Assembly: GCA_051294375.1 (NCBI GenBank)
Contig: CM119269.1
Span: 21,970,815-22,034,814, forward strand
Direction of reading: 5' to 3'
DNA from: Paraspadella gotoi
Taxonomy: Eukaryota > Animalia > Chaetognatha
DNA length: 64,000 nucleotides
The position numbers and the translations under genes were made by a program. Shown piece by piece: positions 40,465 through 55,000 of the stretch. The notes beneath the pieces were generated by a model that made no database searches, had not been told where the DNA came from, and saw only the letters and a program-made list of their open reading frames with translations. Each line of letters starts with the position of its first letter. The stretch's first letter is position 1.

Positions 40465-43400
40465 CGTCTCCTCATCTCTCCCTCAGTCTGCTCTGCTCCG
40501 CTCCCTCCCTCCTTCTCACCTTCTTCTCTTTCTTATCCGATGCGATGCTCAAAACATCCACATCGCATATCTCCAATCCTTTCAATCTCTCGTCCACAGG
40601 CCTCTCCTCCTCCTCCTCCCCCTCCTCCTCCTCCTCCTCTCCTCCTCTCTTCCTTTTCTCCTTCTTTTTCCTCCTCTTCCCTTTTCCCTCGCTCTCTCTT
40701 CTCTCTTCCTTCCTCCTCCTCCTCATCCCCATGCGACGCCGCCTCGGCTCTTCCACGCCGAAAGTGACGCCCATTTCCGCTAACGTTTCGACGCCGGCGT
40801 CGAGAGAACGCCGCGGCGTCGTTCGGCGAAGGCCACGCCCACGAATCGCTTCCGTAGACGGGAGGATCGGCGACGTCTCTTTCTTCGGATAGATAGTTAT
40901 CATCCTCTTCGTTGTAATCAAAGTCGATATCTTCCTCTAAATGAGAATAACTGATGTTGGGCATCGCGTCTCGAAGCCAAGATTCCACCGAAATTCCTTC
41001 AAAGTCTTCCTCCCCTTCAATTTCTTCTTCTTCCTCTTCCTCCTCTCCTTCATCCTCTTCTTCTTCTTCCTCTTCCTCCTCATCTTCCTCGACGTCCGCA
41101 TTGAGGCTCATGTTAGCGGAAACGAGGCTCCGTCCTCGCTCTAATTTTCTCTCATCTTCTTCTTCCTCTTCTTCTTCTTCTTCTTCCTCCGTTTCCTCGT
41201 CTTCTTCTTCGTCTTCTCCTTCATCTTCCTCGTCGTTGTCGTCGTCTCCTTCGTCTCCTTGATCGTCGTCATCGTCGTCGTCATCGTCTCCCTGATTTTC
41301 GTTCCAATTTTCGTCGTCATCGTCGTCTCCGTCATGATCGTCATCGTCATCATTGTCTCCTTCGTCGCTTTCGTCTTCATATTCGTCGTCGTCGCTTATT
41401 TCAGATTCGTTGTTGTTGTTGTTACTGTTTCTATTGTAGTTGTCATTACTATCGTTTTCGTTGTTGTTATTCTTGTTTCCTCTCTTCCCACTAATTTGCA
41501 GCATAGGCGGCAGATCGGCGTCCGCCTTCCACCTTTGCCACAAATCCTTCAGCATCCTCGACATTGCAGCAACCGATTTCGGCGTCCGACTCGAAGCCTC
41601 TGAGGATCCCATCGTCGACGAAGCTTCTTCCTCATTGATCCTCGATCTCGAAGCGCCTTTCGCTCGATCCTGACGTGGATTGGCTGCGCCGACGTCGCCC
41701 GAACGCGGCGCTGCCGCTGCTGAGGCTCCATATCTACGAACCGCTGCCCCTGAGTCTCTCTTCGCTGCCACTTTCNNNNNNNNNNNNNNNNNNNNNNNNN
41801 TGAGAGGTTGGGGTTAGAGGGAGACAGAGCATTGATGACTATGTAGACGTCGATGAGGGAGGGATAAGGTGAAATTTAGAGCGGCTGGATGGAGTTGAGA
41901 GTCAGTAGATAGACTATAATACCTGGTATTCGATGGTTGGAGATGTTATCTGTGATCCCGTCGAGATGGTAGAGATGGGCGAGGCCGACGAGAAGGGAGA
42001 GCGACTAAGTCCAGATATGCGGGGACGACAGAGGGATCGGGGCTGTCCCAAGGGCCTTCCACCTTTCCCACAATTGCCTTCAGGCACTCCTCGAACATTG
42101 CAGCAACCGATCGGCGAGGGCGTCGGACTCGAAAGCCTGCTGAGCGTGCCCATGCGCGGTCGGACAGAAGGCAGTTGCTGTGCGGCGCTAAGCGAGGTAT
42201 GGAGAGAGAGGTATCTATTAATGTGATCCAATGGGATATCCGGGAGAGACGCCCGGAGGAATCGAGGCGGCGACTTGGTCGTCTAGGGATGCGATCGTGA
42301 GGCTGGATTGGCGGGCGCGGAGAACGAGCGGGACAAGCGGCGGTATGTCGCCTGAACGCCGAGCGCTGCCGCTTTCTGAGAGGGAGAGGCTCGGCATACT
42401 CTGCACAACGCGTGCCCGGGCTGGGAGGGAAGAGTGGCCAATGAAAAGCGACTTGATCGGGAGAGCTAGGGCCAACGCTTCAAACCCGGTCAATCAATAG
42501 GAAGGAGAAGAAAATAAAAAAAGGAGAGCAGAGAGCATTTAAGAGATCTTGTAATTTTCCTGTTAAAAATTAGAAATTCTTCTCCATTCCTTGTACCAGC
42601 GATCAATCTTCTACAACGACGGTTTTCCCCTAGTCATTCCCCTCCTCCTCCTCTTCCTCTCCTCTCCCTCCCACCTTCATCTCCCTCCCTTTCTCCTCTT
42701 TTGTCTACAAAACTCTTTTTAAAAAATCCGAGTTTAAAGACCAAAAACGAAATCAATGAACGAAAAACGAGGAAGAAAAAAAACAGGCAGGGAAAAACCA
42801 TATATTTGTCACGGGATTGCGCATATTCTGTACTCACGTTCGATGTCACTACTGGCCACGGTTTTCCAAAGACCTCCTATCACCCGGGGACCGATCGAAT
42901 GATTTGCGGCCGGCACAGCGAAACGCTCCCCGGCCGTCCTTCCCGCGGCACAGTGGCCCCGGCGTCTTCCGTCGTCCCGCGCGCCCGTCCGGTTCCGGCG
43001 TCCGGAACGAGTAACGCATGGTTGCGAACGCCCGCGTCTCTCCGCAGCTGCGCCGCCGCGCTCTTCCCGTCATGCTGGCCGGCCTGGTCGTCTCTCTCAC
43101 ACAGCAGGCTCTACCAGGTCTTCTAAGCGCTGCGCCGGGCCTTCCGGCCCCTCGACCGGCAGCGCCGCCGGGCGCCTCTGCCTCCGTCGACGGTTCTGGT
43201 CCTTCTAGCGCTAGCCACTCTCGCCGCGGAGAGAAAGCACCACTTCTCGCGCCCCTGCTTCTGCCGCAGTCTTTGGCTATGCAATTTCTCGTCAACAAAT
43301 CATCCTAATTGACATCATCGCCGCCATCCGACGCACCAAGGGTTGCATAGGACTGGGTAGCTCTCACGCCACAGATGGGAGATGCCCGGCAAGACCGTCC

Positions 43401-46077
43401 CAGCGTCTCACGCCAACGGCCACTTAATCCCGGGAACGGTGATGGAACAGGCGGCAGACAAGACCGGGCTTAGCAGGCCTGCGATCGAAGGTCCCAGAAG
43501 GCGGGACGTCCGCAGCTGTGAGAACTGGTACGATTGCGCTTCGCGCCTGAATGAGAGCAGTTCCCGGGAAAAAGGAACGAGTGCCCACCGGAAGAAATTC
43601 AACGGTCGAAAGAAAAGGCCGGAATCCCGCGGAGTTTTCCGGAATTCTCTCGGAGCCGATTTGACGCTAACACCAACTCAAGGGCGGCGTGTGGGCCATT
43701 CCGGAAATAGTGGGCGTGGCGGACGGACGGGACGGCGAACGCGTCCGCGGTCCATTGTGGGGTGAGAGGACAGTCTAGCACTCTCTGGTGCGTCGATGGC
43801 GGCGATGATCAAAAAAGAGATTGTGTGACGAGGAAATTGAAGAGGCAAAAGACGCGCGCAGAGCAGGGGGCGGAGAGGGGCGGCGGCGCTCTGTGAAGAG
43901 ACGAGGCGGTCGGCGCGGCTGGCGGAGGTGCGGCGAGGAGGGCCGCGCAGCGGCTGAGAGACCTGGTAGAGCTGCTTGTTGGAAACGCAGACCCCAGCGC
44001 AGCATCTACGGAGAGACGCGGCGGCGCAGCTGCGGAGAGACGCGGCGGCACTGCTGCTGAGAGACGCGGCGGCACTGCTGCGGAGAGACGCGGCGTCGCT
44101 GGGAAAAACGCGGTGATGCAGCTTTGGAAAACTGGCAAAGAATCGAAACGTGACACAGATATTCGGCGAAACCGTGCAAAAAGGGACGGAGCAGGGAACA
44201 AGAACGTTGCAGTTTGGCATTTCCAAAGCTGCATCACCGCGTTTTTGCCCAGCGACGCCAGGTCTCTCCGCAGCAGTGCCGCCGCGTCTCTCCGCAGCTG
44301 CNNNNNNNNNNNNNNNNNNNNNNNNNNNNNNNNNNNNNNNNNNNNNNNNNNNNNNNNNNNNNNNNNNNNNNNNNNNNNNNNNNNNNNNNNNNNNNNNNNN
44401 NNNNNNNNNNNNNNNNNNNNNNNNNNNNNNNNNNNNNNNNNNNNNNNNNNNNNNNNNNNNNNNNNNNNNNNNNNNNNNNNNNNNNNNNNNNNNNNNNNNN
44501 NNNNNNNNNNNNNNNNNNNNNNNNNNNNNNNNNNNNNNNNNNNNNNNNNNNNNNNNNNNNNNNNNNCTTCTTCAATTTCCTCGTCAACAATCTCTTTGAT
44601 CATCGCCGCCATCGACGCACCAAGAGTGCTAGACTGTCTCTCACGCCCAATGGACCCGCGGACCGTTTCGCCGTCTCCGCCACGCCCACTATTTCCGGAA
44701 TCGGCCACGCCGCTTGAGTTGGTGTTAGCGTCAAAATCGGCTCCGAGAGAATTCCGGAAAACTCGCGGGATTCCGGCCTTTTCTTTCGACCGTTGAATTT
44801 CTTCCGGTGGATCGTCTTTCCCCGGGCGCTCTCTTCCGGCGCGGCGCTCGTCCGGAGATTCTCGCTGACGCCGTCCGCCTTTTCTGACTTTCGTCCGGCG
44901 CTTCCTTTCCTCCTCCTCCTCCTCTTCTTCTTCCGGAGGACGCAGCCACTCGGACGGGCAAGGCCCCCTACCGTAGACCCAGTCGTACATGTCTCGTCCG
45001 GACGCCGGAACCGGACGGGCCGGACGACGGCGCCGATTTCCGGCATCTTCGTTGTCGTCGTCGTCGTCTTTTCGCGGTTTTTCTTCGTTTTCGTTCATTG
45101 ATTTCGTTTTTGGTTTAAACTCGGATTTTAAAAGAGTTTTGTAGACGAAAGAGGGAGAAAGGGAGGGAGATGAAGAGTGGGAGGGAGAGGAGGAGGAGGA
45201 GGAGGAGGAGGATGACGAATCTTTAGAGATTGATCGCTGTAAATGGAAAACAATTTTTTTTTACAAATTTTATCTCTTAATCTCTCTCTTTTTATTTCTC
45301 TCCTTCCCTCCTCTCCCTCTCCCCTCAACCTCTCCTCCTTCTCTCCCCCTTCATCCTCTCTCTCACCCTCTCCCTTCCCCTCTCCCTCTCCTTCTCCTCC
45401 CTCCCCATCTCTCTCTCTCTTCTCCCTCCCCCTCTCCCTCTCCCTCCACTCCCTTTTCTCCCTCCCCCTCTCACCTCACTCCTTCCTCTCCCTCTCCCTC
45501 CTCCTCTCCTTCTCCCTCCCCTCTCCCTCCTTCTCTCCCCCTTTATCCTCTCTTTCTCCCTCTCCCTTCCCTCACTCCCTCTCTCCCTCCCCCTCTGCCC
45601 TCACTCCCTTCCTCTCCCTCCCTTCCTCTCCCTCTCCCTCCTCCCCTCTCCCTCCCTCTCTCCCTTCTTCTCTCCCCCTTCATCCTCTCTCTCACCCTCT
45701 CCTTCCCCCACTCCTCTTCTCCTTCCCCCTCTCCCTCTCCTCACCCTCATCTCCAATATCTTTCTCATCATCTCCCTGTTGTCGTTGTTCTCATTGTAGT
45801 TGTTGTTGTTGTTGTTAAATCCATCTTTCTCTCCGTCGTTTTCTTCTTCGATTCGATCCTTGATCCTCTGAAGACTCGCTGCGGTCAAGAGGCGTCGCCG
45901 ACCAGAGTGGAAGCTCTCCTCCTTCTCTTCCTCCTCCCCCTCTTCCTGCTCCTCCTCCTCCACGTATTGATAATCGTATCCTAAACTTTCATCCTTTTCT
46001 TCCTTACCTTCTTCTTCCTTACCCACCAACGCCTCCTTCTCTTCCTCATACTTCCCTCGCCCGACGGCGACCGCTTC

Positions 46078-46108
<31 letters not shown>

Positions 46109-46742
46109 CCACGTTCTCTCTTGTTCAAAGTCATTGTCTTTCGGCCTTATTTTCCCCAAAACGTCCCATTTTCATCTTTATTTCCGAGTTTAAAAAAATG
46201 TTTTTAAGTTCGAAGATTAAGTTTTAAATTAAAAATTAAGATTAAATTTTAAGAGATAAGGTTAACCGTTAACAATGAGGTTAGGGATTAAGGATATGGA
46301 TTAGGTTAGTGATTAGGTGGTTAGGGTTAGGTTAGTGATTAGGGTTAAACATTAAGGGTTAGAGTTAGATTAAGGTTAATGATTAAATTTAATGATTATT
46401 GTTTAGTGTTAAGGATTATGGTTAAGTTTTAAGTTTAAGAAATAGAGTTTTGGGTTTTATAAAAATTGAAATTAAATATTAAAGTTTAAATAACGTTGAT
46501 AGATTAGGGAACTGAAATGGGTCGGTTTTGAAAAAGAGAGCCTGTCTTTCTTTGTGTCGGCGCCGCAGCCGCCGCTGGAGCCGCAGCCGCCGCCGCTTCA
46601 TCCCCCGTCGAGGTCAGCGTCCTCCTCGCGGGAATCCACGTCAGTTGATTGACTTGTTCATTTGTTTTTCTTCCGAAATTCGATCTTTTGCCGTCGGTGT
46701 CGTCGCCCTTGGAAACGACGACGTTGTGGATGTTTTTGTGGT

Positions 46743-46774
<32 letters not shown>

Positions 46775-46868
46775 TGATCGGCATCTTTTAACCCAAGGTT
46801 TGAATCGAGGGGAGTAGCCTAAAGAAAATCAGAAGATATATATATATATATATATATANNNNNNNNNN

Positions 46869-46904
<36 letters not shown>

Positions 46905-47799
46905 CCAAGGCATTGTTATGAAAGCAAGTTGAAGTTAGGTAACGCTCTCTTGTTTACGGTTAATTGCTGCGCTCGGTGTTTATATGTTTACGTGATAATT
47001 GATTTAGGGAGACCTTACATCATTCTCTCTTTCATTTGTTCATTTATTTGTTAATTAATTTATTTATTTATTCATTAAATTATCTATTTATAGTTTCATT
47101 TATTTATTCATATTTTTATTTATTTATTTTTTTAAATATTTATTTATCAAAATAAATCTCTCACCCGATTCCTCTTCTCTTCATCTCCAATCTGACTTCT
47201 TTTCGCATCAAATCTTTCAATTCTCTCCGACCTTCGACCTTCAATTTCCTCCGACCTTCGACCTTCAATTTTCTCTGACCTTCGACCTCCAATTCTCTCC
47301 GACCTTCGACCTCCAATTCTCTCCGACCTTTGACCTCCAATTCTTTCCGACCTCCGATCTTCATATCTTCGATCTTCCACAGATAAATTTCTCCAGTGAG
47401 AGAGAGACGGCAGCGCTTCAGGGGATTTCACAGATTTGAGTGATGCACCTTCACCGCGAATTTCATTCACAGACTCACAATCGACTTCGCGAAAAGTGGG
47501 TGATTTCACAACATCTCGGGATCTGGTTTCTCTGAGTCCGAGTTCCGAACCGGTCTTTCCTCTGAGGGCGTGGCCCTCTCCATGGACCAAATTATCCGCC
47601 GACTTTTTCGAGGCGTCCACATTGATCGATCGATTTCCCCGAGAGGCTCGTCCGCCAGTTACGGAGCCATTGACGCCGCCTTCTCTGCCCAGGGTCGATC
47701 TTTTGCCGGAGACTTCGGCTTGACCAGCGCTGCGGATCGCGACGACGCTTTTCTTGGAAAATCGCGCCGGCAAATCAACGTTCTCGCCAATTAGCTGAA

Positions 47800-47848
<49 letters not shown>

Positions 47849-49512
47849 CTCGAATTCTTTAACCCCAATGATATCGTCGAGTGCTTCGTCGAAGAGAGAC
47901 TTCTCGGCGCGGACGGATGATTCCGAGTGAGTGCGTCCGGAGAAGACGCCGACAGAGGAAGGCCACGTGACGAGGTCGTCGTCGTCGTCGTCGTCGTTTC
48001 CCAAAGCTTCCTTCATCGCTTCCAACGACGACGCCGACAGCGCCGCCGCTTTTCGATCGACGCCGCGACGTCTACGAGACGGCGCCGGTCGGTTCCGTTC
48101 GATTCCGTCATCGGATCGATTCCATTCTTGACTCGAACGATCTTCTTCCATCGTCAGGATTCCATCGCTCCGACTCATCGAGTCTTCGTCGCCGGAATCG
48201 ACATGATCCTCGAGGGTCACGTGACCCTCCATCTCCTTCGATCTTCGATCTTCTCTTTCGTCGTCTTCCGATTCCTCGATATTTCCTGCTTGGTCGCCTA
48301 TCGCGCCCCAACCTGCTTGCCAGAGCTTGTCCTGATTTTTTTGGAGGAAAGCATTTCATTTTAAATAGATAAAACTAACTTTACTAACCAACTAATTTAT
48401 AAGCTAACATTACTACAACTAATCAACTACATTTTACTAACTTGACTACAATTAACTAACAAACTACAACTAACTAATCTGAAATCTCATTTTTAATTTT
48501 AAATCGATTTAACTTACTTTACTAATTTAGCCAACGAATTTCTAAAATAACTACATTTTACTAACATGACCTCAATTTTCTAACAAACTAATAAACTACA
48601 GCAACTTTACTTCCAAGTCTCCCAAACATTCTTCAACTCACGAAATTTCTTCCTGATCGATTAACGGATTCGTCGTCATCGTCATCGTCGTCGTCGTCGT
48701 CGTCGTCAAAATCGTAGTCGTCGTCAGTGTCGTCGAATTCTAATAATAGATCCGGAGATTCGCTCAGTGATTCTTCTTCATCCTGAAATAAATAAAAATT
48801 CTATGAAATATATTAAGTTTTAAAAATGTCAAACTAGAAGCAAAGTTCGAGGATAAATCGAGGGCCACGTCATCAACAACTATAACGCAGACGCCTACGT
48901 CAAAAAACTAACCGCTACGCCAACGTCAACGTCACTGAAAACGCCAACAAAAATTTAAACACCAAAGCCAACTCTGTGGCGAACGACGATACCATTTTAA
49001 ACGCAAACAGTCATCACTATCACAGAAGCCAACGCCAACATCAAAAGCCAACGCCAACCTCATAAGCCAACGCCAACATCAGAAGCCAATGCCAACATCA
49101 GAAGCCAACGCCAATATCAGAACCAGTCAAACTGGGAGAGGCCTGGGAGTAAGAGAGAGAAAAAGTGTGAGTGAAAAACCTAAACCCTGGGCTCGACCCT
49201 GAATCCTCGGGAGGAGAATGAGAAGGAGGAAGAGGATGATAAGGAGGGGATGCTCGGGTGTGAGGCCCTATTGGCTTTTTCTGGTCATACCAAAGCCAAC
49301 GCCAACATCAAAGCCAACGCCAACATCAAAAGCCAACGCCAACATCAAAAGCCAACGCCAACATCAAAGCTAACACCATCAGTGAAAACCAACGTCAGTG
49401 CCAAAACCAATCCCAAACCCCTAACCCTAACCCTAACCCAAATCCAAACCCCAAACCCCTAACTCCTAACCCTAACCCAACTCACCGTGGCTTTAGATTT
49501 CGAAGTCCGCCC

Positions 49513-49548
<36 letters not shown>

Positions 49549-51282
49549 TCGTTTTTCATCATCATCATCATCATCGTCCTCGTCGCCAATTCCACCGCCG
49601 AACCCCAACGCCTCGCACGGCGCCACCTCTTGAGTCTTCAGCGTCGACGCCATCCAATGCCACGACGCCGGCGCGAGGGAAGTGAAGAATTCATGCAGCG
49701 CCCCTGGTGGATCCGGAATTTTAAGGCTCCCTTTTCATAGATTGCTATTTTGTTATTTAAAGATTAGGTTGAATGGTTATAGAATAGTTTTGGGGATTAG
49801 GTTATTATTAAGGTTAAGATTTAGGTTAGTGATGAGGGTTAAAGATTAAAATTAATAGTTAGGTTAAATATTGGTATAAAGAAACAAAGATTAAATGCTT
49901 TTGAGGATTGTCAAGCACGTATGAAGTAGAAAATGACGACGACGCTGACGACGACGATGATAACCACGACGACGATGCAAGCGACGAACAAAAGTATGCA
50001 GACGCCGTCGTCCGCCGCCGCCCGCCGAAGCAGCGCCGCCGCCCACTGCAGCAGACGCCGCCGACCGCCGCAGCAGCGCCCCTCCACTTACCCAACTCTC
50101 CAACGGCGTCGCTAAGAATTTCCTTCCACGCGACGCCGGTTCGATTTCTATCTTTGAAGACGGCGACGGCGTGTTCTCCCGTCTCGAGATGGCGCGCTTC
50201 TCTCATTCGACGCCATTTTGACGGCGCCGTCCGAGCGTCGTAGAAAACCGGCGCTCCTTTCGAGACGGCATCGGTTTTGACGCTTGGACCGGAAGTGGGC
50301 GTGGCTGAGAATGACAAGCGCGTCTCGCTGCCTAGTTGGGAAGGGTCGAGGAGGAATTTAACATGGAAGCTTTTGACATGACATGACATGTGACATTACG
50401 AGGTCTCAAAATAATTTAGATGTTAATATGTTATGTTTTGTTTTTATTACGACGGGAGAACTGATTATATTATGCCTTATATTGTTTTTTTTTATTTCTA
50501 CTTGTACAAAGCATAATTTTGTTAACTTTTCTTTTTAGGAAATTGTATTACAAACAATCTCCCAAATGTATTAATGTAAAGAACAGAACAGAGTCGATAC
50601 GCGCGTTCAAAAAATTATAATTAAAAATAAAAGAACAGCGGCGTTGAGGTTTCATAAATTCAAATCCCAACGTAAGATAAGTCAAACGTAACTTAAACTT
50701 AACATAATTCAACGTATATAACTTAACTGGATTCATCGTTGGGACTTAAAAAAGGTTTCGGTGACAAAGGACGAATCTCCTCTTTTCTCTTTCTTCGATC
50801 TTTTAGTTTCTGAATCAAAAAAAAAAGAAAGTTCGGCCTTTTTAGTTGCGCAACTCTATAAGTCACTTTTTGGTCGGTCTGTCGGTCCGTCGGTATGTCC
50901 GTCCGTCGGTCCGTCCCACTTACGTTAAGCGCCGCCTTCAGGAAATCCTAAAACTATAAGGAATAAAAACACAATAATATCATATTTATAAATAAACTAT
51001 GATGTTCGACCTTCTTTCCATCTTTTTTCTCCTCTTCCTCTTCCTCCTCCAACCAACTTTCTCTTTCTGGAACTGAAGACGTCAGAGGATCGCGAAAGAT
51101 TTGCGGTTCTGTCACGGGGAAGTCCTTGGAAATTTTAAAGATAAGAACTGTAAATCAATGACCAAATGTTTATAATTGTGAAGTAATCAAATAATTTAGC
51201 CAATATCTATTTCATTAAACTTTTCAAATATAGAAATAAATATAATAAGTATTCTTAATAGTTAAGACTAAATAGAAAGAGA

Positions 51283-51321
<39 letters not shown>

Positions 51322-51374
51322 TTCCTCACCTGAAAGTCTTCTTAAGCAGCACGTTCATCTCTCTCTCTCTCTCA

Positions 51375-51417
<43 letters not shown>

Positions 51418-51717
51418 CTCGATTACCCTCACCTGAAATGTCTTCTCAAGCAGACGTTCATCTCTCTCTCTTTCTCTCTCTCTCTCGATTACCCTCACCT
51501 AAAATGTCTTCCCAAGCAGACGTTCATCTCTCTCTCTCTCTCTCTTGATTACCCTCACCTGAAATGTTTTCTCAAGCAGACGTTCATCTCTCTCTCTCTC
51601 TCTCTCTCTCTCTTGATTACCCTCACCTGAAACGTCTTCTCAAGCAGACGTTCATCTCTCTCTCTCTCTCTCTCTCTCTCGATTACCCTCACCTGAAATG
51701 TCTTTTCAAGCAGACGT

Positions 51718-51755
<38 letters not shown>

Positions 51756-51791
51756 TTCCTCACCTGAAATGTCTTCTCAAGCAGACGTTCA

Positions 51792-51824
<33 letters not shown>

Positions 51825-51982
51825 AATTACCCTCACCTGAAATGTCTTCTCAGGCAGACGTTCATCTCTTTCTTTCTCTCTCTCTTCGATTACCCTCACC
51901 TAAAATGTCTTCCCAAGCAGACGTTCATCTCTCTCTCTCTTCTTGATTACCCTCACCTGAAATGTCTTCTCAAGCAGACGTT

Positions 51983-52018
<36 letters not shown>

Positions 52019-55000
52019 TACCCTCACCTGAAATGTCTTTCTCAAGCAGACGTTCATATCTCTCTCTCTCTCTCTCTCTCCTCTCTCTCTCGATTACCCT
52101 CACCTGAAATGTCTTCTCAAGCAGACGTTCATCGTCATCGTAGTCGATGGAAGTCCTGACCCAATCCGGCATCGCGCCCTCGGGATCTCCTTGAGCCATA
52201 GTGAATACATAAATATAAAAATCTTAAAAGAATAGGATCGAGCCTTCCTTCAATGATAACCAAATAATGATGCGATGATAACCAAATGATTGATGCGATG
52301 ATAACCAAATGATTGATGCGATGATGACCAAATATTGATGCGATGATAACCAATAATTGATGCGATGATAACCAAATGATCGATGTGATGATAACCAAAT
52401 GATTGATATGATAATAACCAAATGGTTGATGCGATGATAGTCATTCATTGATGTGATGATAATTATTCATTGATACGATGATAGTCATTCATTGATACGA
52501 TGATAGTCATTCATTGACGCAATGAATCATTCATCATAAATAAAACAAACAAATGCGTGTATGAGTGAAAGAGAGAGAGAAAGAGAGAGAGAGGGAGAAA
52601 GAAAGAGAGAGAGAAAGAAAGAGAATAGATCCACGAAAATCTCGGATGTAAATTTGAGATTTTGCATTGAAAAAAAAGCGCGGAATAAATGGCGATAATA
52701 AAAGTTTTTAAAAGGAAAAAAATAATCAATTTTTTTCAAAAAACGATCACGCAAAAGATTGTACAGAGAGAGAGAAAGACAGAGAAAAACAGAAAGAGAA
52801 AGCTAGGCAGCTGAACAGTAGTCACTGCAAAGCCTGAACTCGTTTTTAAAGGGTTCAGAAAAAGACAGCAACTGACAAAAATAAGAAAAAATAAGAATTT
52901 TTTTTTTTTTTTTATATTTCAAAAATAATAAAACAGAGAGTTACATAAAGACGTAAAGTGACATAAAAGACAATGACCTTATGACTAAAATAACCCAAAA
53001 TGATATAACGACATACAACGACATGACACAATGACGTAATGAATTAAGGACCAAACATGACTAAAATGACGTAAAGAAACGTTATTTTTTTTTTTTAATG
53101 AAAATGACATATTTGTTGTACCAATTTCTAAATGACGTAAAATGACGTAAATGACATTTATGATGTAATGACTAAAGGATTAAACATGACTTAACATTAC
53201 CCAGACAATAAGCATGGACATCAAGGTTAAAGTTTAAATTAAGGTTAAGGGTAATTTTTAATTTTTAGATAATGTTTAAGTTTAAGTTAGTGTTAAAGTC
53301 ATGGTTTGTGCAAAGGCAATTTAATTATTTAATTATGTTTTATTAGTGTAAAAAGACTGATTCTATTTAATATTTAATATATTTTTTTTAACGACAATGA
53401 CAATGACAATGACACAATAAAATAGTCAAAACTATATAGGAGCTAAAATGGCGTTTTTTTTTTTTATTTTATTTATTTATTTTTTATTTATTTTTTTTAA
53501 TGAAATATGACTAACAATACAAAACAATACACAATACACAATACTCTTATCTTATTCATCTTAATATCAAATTTTAAAAATTTAGCTAAATAAATTTAAA
53601 AACTTTAGCTAAATAAAGTCCAATAACAACTCTAACATTTTTAATCAAGTTACCCCATTCTATTTGACCATCCCCGTTCACCTACCTAAATACCCACAAT
53701 TAAAACAGTTTTCTCGAAACCTCTTAACCTCCCATTTAATTTTGCAACCCAATATTCTCTTTCTAATACAAAACCCTCATCTTATTCATCTTAATATCAA
53801 ATTTTAAAAAACTTTAGCTAAATAAAGTCCAATAACCAACTCTAACATTTTTAATCAAGTTGCCCCATTCTATATGACCATCCCCGTTTATCTTACCTAA
53901 ATACCCACCAATTAAAACAGTTTTCTCGAAACCTCTTAACCTCCCATTTAATTTTGCAACCCAATATTCCTCTTCTAATTCCTTTCTTAAGTGTTTTTAA
54001 AAACATATTCCATAATCTGTCCACCGTTATTTCAACCCTCCTCATTCTCTCCCCTCTCATTTTCATTACTATAGACCTTAACATATAACCTAACTTATTT
54101 CTTAGTTTAACCTTAACTCCTCTTCCAGTTAAACCTAGTCCCATCTCCTTCTTGTCAACTCTCCTGTCATCCAATCTCAACAAAGTCACACTTAACTTTT
54201 CCCACAATCTAATTACCACTTCACACTCTATTACAGTATGCCATCGTTCTCTGTCTGCTAACCACCACAGCTGACATACACCATCACCTCTACCCAAATA
54301 TGCATGATCCATGTATGCAGTCCAAAAATTTAAATTAATCTGTCGCCACACAGCAGTCCTAACATAATAAGAAATTTTCGATCCCATTAAGGCACTCCAT
54401 ATTCCTGTCACTGATCCTGTAAACTCAGCCCAAAGCTCTGTCCCATTTCTCCTCATAATGTCTTAGTACTATGATATTAGACCTTAATGTTTGAGTAAAC
54501 TTCAGCGTAAGTAATTTCTGACAATTTCCTTTCTCCTCTGTGTGTTTCTATTAAATAATCAGATGGATCATCAGTCAGAACAACAGCCTCCATTTTTTGT
54601 CTCACCATACATTGCACGTCAAACATTGCTCTCCTTTGACTCCTCTGAGTCTCACTCATTGGCATATTTTAAAAATTGACCAACTGTCCTAATGCCACGG
54701 GTTAAGAGACTACCCAAAAGTGCTCCCCGAGGCTGCAACATTTCACCTTTCTCATCTGTCACACTAGGATTAAAAAATAACTCATAACTATCCGTTGGAG
54801 AATTTCCTGGTTTAAATTTCGTTGTTAAGTCAGACCACGCTCTAAAGACTTCAGCAAAATCCTTTGACAACTGCAGTTAGTCCTCTCTCTTTTGCCTTCA
54901 AAAAGCTAAACCATAAAGCCCATTAACATTTGAGCCAATCAATTTCCAGCTAAAACTCTTGGAAACGAATCTTCAGGCATGGCAAGCAACCTTTTGACCC

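Noticed and set aside
49412-49480. Interstitial telomere (TTAGGG)n, also ~46280-46370
   Set aside because: Only a few degenerate units inside low-complexity introns.
51318-52133. CRISPR array (constant ~42-bp repeat with variable spacers)
   Set aside because: Spacers are only (CT)n, the repeat is an exon/intron junction of a eukaryotic gene, and there are no cas genes.
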